A stretch of DNA of 64,000 nucleotides from Octopus vulgaris (Eukaryota): assembly GCA_951406725.2 (NCBI GenBank), contig OX597822.1, positions 102,796,001 to 102,860,000 on the forward strand, read 5' to 3'. The notes beneath the pieces were generated by a model. The model was not told where the DNA came from and searched no databases. It saw nothing but the letters and a program-made list of their open reading frames with translations. Below are positions 58,479-64,000 of the stretch, one piece after another. Every line of letters starts with the position of its first letter. The first letter of the stretch is position 1. The position numbers were made by a program, and so were the translations under genes.

Positions 58479-58587
58479 GCACTGAGGAGAACAGTGATAT
58501 ATAATTAATTCAATTTAATCAAATTAATTTAATTATTCTACCATGAATTTGCATGTGTTAATATCAATGTTTGAAACGATCGTATGC
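58479..58587 (+). ncRNA. Type I hammerhead ribozyme motif (Penelope/retrozyme type)
   Basis: GCA-CTGAGGA-GAACAGTGATAT...ATATCAATGTTT-GAA-ACGATCGT-A-TGC: intact core, paired stems I and II, palindromic stem III, GUA cleavage triplet. Confidence 0.7.
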
Positions 58588-58690
58588 ATGTATTAAAATG
58601 CTTTCAAATTTTAACATCTTCTCTTCTCCATTTTTAACAAATTTGTTGAGTTCTATGGGATACCTTTCCATAAATTCACATAACATACCA

Positions 58691-58737
<47 letters not shown>

Positions 58738-58745
<8 letters not shown>

Positions 58746-59216
58746 ATATTTCGGAATGGTCATATTGCCAGTTTAGCCAATAAAAACACGCACTATATAT
58801 TTGGTGTTATTTTGCTTCAGTGATATTTATTTTTTACATTAATCTTAATCTTATTTCGGCCAAAGTTCTTTCGTCACACTCCTGTGACCACATCAGTGGT
58901 CCTTTGTTTTCTTCTCACTTACTTGTGTCTCTCCTTACTAACCATCAGCCATTTTGTATTTCTATTGTATGTCTTCATTTGCGCATGCTTATATCTCTAT
59001 GTGCGTCTATGTTTATTTAGTGTGTGTTGGGGGGATGCCTGTAATATTTGTATCTTCTGGTTATATACATTCTTGTAATTTGTATTTTGTTTTTGTTGTT
59101 GTTGCTTTTGTTCTAATTTTGTTCATGTGTTTACATCCACCCATTATTATCATTACATATGCTTGTATGTATGTATAACAACAATATTAGTAATAATAAT
59201 AATAAATCTAATCGAA

Positions 59217-59283
<67 letters not shown>

Positions 59284-59919
59284 TACACACATACATATAT
59301 ACATATATATATATATACACATATACATATATATAGTTATTCATTTCTATTTCTTTAATTATTTGTGTATTTATTATGTTTGCAGGATCCACTATTGTCA
59401 TATGTTGTGGTGTGCGCTATTGCTCCATTCTAGTTTTCTATTCAGGCTAGGTTTATTTTCTATTATATGTGTAGCTTCTGTAATTTGTCTAATTGTTGCA
59501 TCTGTTCTATGTGTGGACAATATCTTAATCTCTATGTTATTGATTGATCCCCCGTGTTCTTGTTCGGCGTGTTGGTACAGAATCGATGAGCTTTTACCTT
59601 CCTTGAGTTGTCTCCAATGTTCATTCACCCGCTCTCCAATGCTTCTTGCTGTTTCCCCTACGTATGTTACTGTCTTGTTACTGCATCGTCCCTCTATACA
59701 TCTTATACTATAGACCACATTTCTGGCTTTACAGTTTGTTTGTGGGCTAAATCTACATACAGTGCAATAGTTATCTGTACAGAGAGTTCTACGATAGTGG
59801 ATCCTGCAAACATAATAAATACACAAATAATTAAAGAAATAGAAATGAATAACTATATATATGTATATGTGTATATATATATATATGTATATGTGTATGT
59901 ATGTGTGTATATATGTATA

Positions 59920-59983
<64 letters not shown>

Positions 59984-60463
59984 GATTAGATTTATTATTA
60001 TTATTACTAATATTGTTGTTATACATACATACAAGCATATGTAATGATAATAATGGGTGGATGTAAACACATGAACAAAATTAGAACAAAAGCAACAACA
60101 ACAAAAACAAAATACAAATTACAAGAATGTATATAACCAGAAGATACAAATATTACAGGCATCCCCCCAACACACACACTAAATAAACATAGACGCACAT
60201 AGAGATATAAGCATGCGCAAATGAAGACATACAATAGAAATACAAAATGGCTGACGGTTAGTAAGGAGAGACACAAGTAAGTGAGAAGAAAACAAAGGAC
60301 CACTGATGCGGTCACAGGAGTGTGACGAAAGAACTTTGGCCGAAATAAGATTAAGATTAATGTAAAAAATAAATATCACTGAAGCAAAATAACACCAAAT
60401 ATATAGTGCGTGTGTTTTTATTGGCTAAACTGGCAATATGACCATTCTGAAATATAACAATAT
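58738..60463 (-). mobile_element. 5'-truncated Penelope-like element with inverted pseudo-LTRs
   Basis: ~660-bp inverted arms (58738-59397 and 59792-60463) flank a GIY-YIG coding segment; hammerhead-like motif in each arm. Confidence 0.88.
59398..59790 (-). pseudogene. Penelope-type GIY-YIG endonuclease domain fragment
   Basis: [13 protein letters not shown]...[17 protein letters not shown]...LYQHAEQEH...IKIL...[17 protein letters not shown]: VVY/YVGET/R..EH/E/PSLN motifs. Confidence 0.88.
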
Positions 60464-60516
60464 CTGTTTCAACACACGACTTCACATAAAAAATCTTGCA
60501 CAACAAATATTTAAAC

Positions 60517-60595
<79 letters not shown>

Positions 60596-60962
60596 CATAT
60601 ATATGTACGTAAAAAGCACCAACTGATCGTGGTTGTTGCCAACCTACCCTGGCACCTGTGCTGGTGGCACCTAAAAAGCACCATCTATACGTGGCCGATG
60701 CCAGCACCACCTTGACTGGCTTCCATGCTGGTGGCAAGTAAAAAGCACCAACCGATCTTGGCCGTTGCCAGCCTCCCCTGGCACGTAAAAAGCACCCACT
60801 ACACTCACAGAGTGGTTGGCATTAGGAAGGGCATCCAGCTGTAGAAACACTGCCAGATCAGACTGGAGCTTGGTGCAGCCTCCTGGCTTCCCAGACCCCG
60901 GTCAAACCGTCCAACCCATGCTAGCATGGAAAACAGACGTTAAATGATGATGATGATGATGA

Positions 60963-61006
<44 letters not shown>

Positions 61007-61097
61007 GGTGTTATGTGAATTTATGGAAAGTTGTGTATATATATATGTGTATGTATATATATATATATGTGTATACATATGTGTATATATATGTGTA

Positions 61098-61137
<40 letters not shown>

Positions 61138-61762
61138 AAAAAGTAAATAAAGTTGGAAAGGGCACAGAAGTATATTTTAAGGAATGTTTAATATTTTTGT
61201 TACAGTGGGGGATTTAAAATATAACCAGTTTCGATGTATCCATCAAATATTTGGAAGAATTTTAAAGAGAAGGAAAAAAATTGGGGGCTAACAGTTTGTA
61301 CCCCTATTTAAGTTCTTATTCAAATATGAGTACAAACTGTTAACCCCCAATATTAAATATTCCTTAAAATATACTTCTGTGCCTTTTCCAACTTTATTTA
61401 CTTTTTTAACAATAATTTCTGATTTGTATGGACACTAAACCCCTTTTCAACTATATGTGTGTGTGTGTGTGTGTGTGTGTTTGTGTGTGTGTGTTTATCT
61501 GTGTGTGTCCTTGTGTCTGTGTTTGTCCCCCTCATTACTGCTTGACAACCATTGTTGGTGTGTTTATGTCCCCATAACTTAGCAGTTCAGCAAGACAGAC
61601 CAATAGAATAAGTACTAAGCTTAAGATATAAGTCCCCAGGTTGATTTGTTTGACTAAAAGAACCCTTCAGGGCAGTGCTCCAGCATGGCAGCAGTCAAAT
61701 GACTGAAACAAATAAAAAAATATAAAGAAGATACTTTGTACATTTTCTAATTCATTTATTTG

Positions 61763-61802
<40 letters not shown>

Positions 61803-61868
61803 CCGTGTGTGTATCGTTAGCGATTTTCTTTCTCCGTCTTCCCTTCCTTGGACTTTTCCTTTTCCTAT

Positions 61869-61903
61869 GTTTCTGACGAAGAGCTCCGCTCGAAATGTTA
61901 AAT
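61869..61903 (+). ncRNA. Minimal type I hammerhead motif in a ~200-bp microsatellite-embedded repeat
   Basis: GTTT-CTGACGA-A-GAGC-tcc-GCTC-GAAA-TGT-T-AAAT; sister copy at 13633-13667 has U4C. Confidence 0.55.
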
Positions 61904-61998
61904 CCTCCTTCTTTCTTTCCTTTCCTGAGCATCCAATAAAGACTATACTTGTTCCACGTCCTCGCATTGTTGTGTTTTCTCTTTGTTCGTGTTTGGAT

Positions 61999-62043
<45 letters not shown>

Positions 62044-62192
62044 ATATATATAAGGGCATCCAGCTGTAGAAACACTGCCAGATCTGACTGGCCTGGTGCA
62101 GCCCTCGGGCTCCCCAGACCCCAGTTGAACCGTCCAACCCATGCTAGCATGGAAAGCGGACGTTAAATGATGATGATGATGATGATGATGAT

Positions 62193-62260
<68 letters not shown>

Positions 62261-63597
62261 CACACATACATATACATATGCATATACTCACACACACACA
62301 CATATATATGCATCCACACACACGCGCGCAAACACATACACACACATTCATATATTCATTTATTCATACATGCGCAGACACACACTAATGTTATAATAAC
62401 GATGATTATCTGCTCTTAGCAGTATTACATCTAACTAGACTTGTACTCTTATAATTGTGTTACCATTGTAACTACTCAATTGGGTTTATGTAATAGTTAT
62501 ATAATATAATATCTTAGATTGCAGATATAAACTTCATCTTGGCAAATAAAATTTATCTTGCAAGTCTATTCTGTCTACATAGCGTTAAGCATAGTTTAGT
62601 TCTTTTAAAATAATCATTTTGTAGTGTGAGAAAAAATTTCAATAACACCAAAAATATTTTTAAAAAGAAACAGTATTGATGAACTTTATATGCAAGGAGG
62701 TTCTTGACACAAAAGCAATGGCCATGTTTCAACATACAGAAATGAGTGCATGGTAACATGATAGCAGGCAGTCTGCTAACAACTGGTGGCGTGAAGGGTT
62801 ATGGAAGCAGTTGCTATGGCATGCTGACATAACACTTAAGCAGTGTGCTAGTTCCTCGTGCAAATATTATGCTTCAGAACTTTTGCATTCATTGCTAACA
62901 AATGAATTCTCTTTGAATACAAAAATTAATAACATAATCTGGGGAGAAGTAGAATTCCCGTTAAGACTGGAATGGAACAAAGAGCGCGTTGTTCCGTAAC
63001 CATCATCATCATCTTTATCATCACCACCACCATCGTCATCATCAGCTGCAGTAGCAGTAGTAAAAACACCAGCAGCCTCATCATAACCAGTGTAGTTAGC
63101 TTGTACTTTTCCTTTGCTAGCAAAGATTAGATGAGTCTGCAATACAGCGCCACCGTTACTCTTGATTCTGTGTTATCTCGATCACGAGACCAAAATTCTT
63201 GAAATTTGTAAACTATGTTACACCCATATTTCTTGTAACATAATTTCCTTCCATTTTTTTAAAACTTTCAAAACATTTTTGTTCTCTAATATTAACTAAA
63301 TTAGATATTTATTTTCTAAATCAGGTTTGACAGAAAAGCTAAAAAAATATTGTATTATCATTATCATTCTCATCGTCATCATTATTGTTTTAACATCCAT
63401 TTTTTCATGCCTGTATGGGTCAGACAGAGTTTACTGAAGCAGATTTTCTATAACAAGATGCCTTTCCTCTTGCAAACCCTCATCTGTTTCCAAGCAAGAT
63501 AATATTTCCATGTAACCAGACATGTTTTCACAGAATATATCTTTTATGGCAGTGGCACTCATTTACAAATATCATGCAATGTCAAGACAAGGAAACA

Positions 63598-63636
<39 letters not shown>

Positions 63637-64000
63637 GCAAACATACACACATATATATATATGCCAGGCTTCTTTCAATTTCCATCAACCAAATCCAGTC
63701 ATGAGGCTTAGGTCAGCCTGGTAAGGTAAAGGTAAAGGTTACCTTCTTGAGTTATGCTGATTCATAAGGGCTGGTTTCCCAGTTTCCATGGCGTATAAAT
63801 TCCGCACCTGGATAGGATGCCAGTCCATCGCAGCGTTACTCATTTTTGCCAGCTGAGTGGACTGGAGCAACGTGAAATGAAGTGTTTTGCTCAAGAATGC
63901 AATGTATCGCTCAGTCCAAGAATTAAAACCACAATCTTACGATTTTACACTGAAACCGCTGAGCCACACATGCCTACATTGGATCAGCCTTGGGCTATAG

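Overview
AT-rich, repeat-saturated eukaryotic DNA. The repeat families and (TA)n/(CA)n/(GAT)n microsatellites point to a cephalopod, most likely Octopus (inference). Almost all ORFs in the supplied track are microsatellite or repeat artefacts. Two real spliced genes, mostly missed by the track, sit head-to-head with ATGs 660 bp apart: RPS28 (minus strand, 4 exons, 67 aa) and NDUFA7 (plus strand, 4 exons, 113 aa), the same pairing as in human. Much of their shared promoter is a GC-rich palindromic MITE-like element. The rest is mobile DNA: RTE and CR1-like LINE ends, two tRNA-SINE families, Helitrons, a deleted mariner, TcMar and Merlin-like MITEs, and a Penelope-like GIY-YIG element with inverted pseudo-LTRs. 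A 65-bp satellite (~48 copies) has expanded inside a retroelement 3' UTR. The most striking hidden signal is about a dozen minimal type-I hammerhead-ribozyme-like motifs from several different repeat families. These include one fully canonical motif (58479-58587) and one with a compensatory G3:C8 core swap (7855-7905). All calls were made by eye, without database searches.
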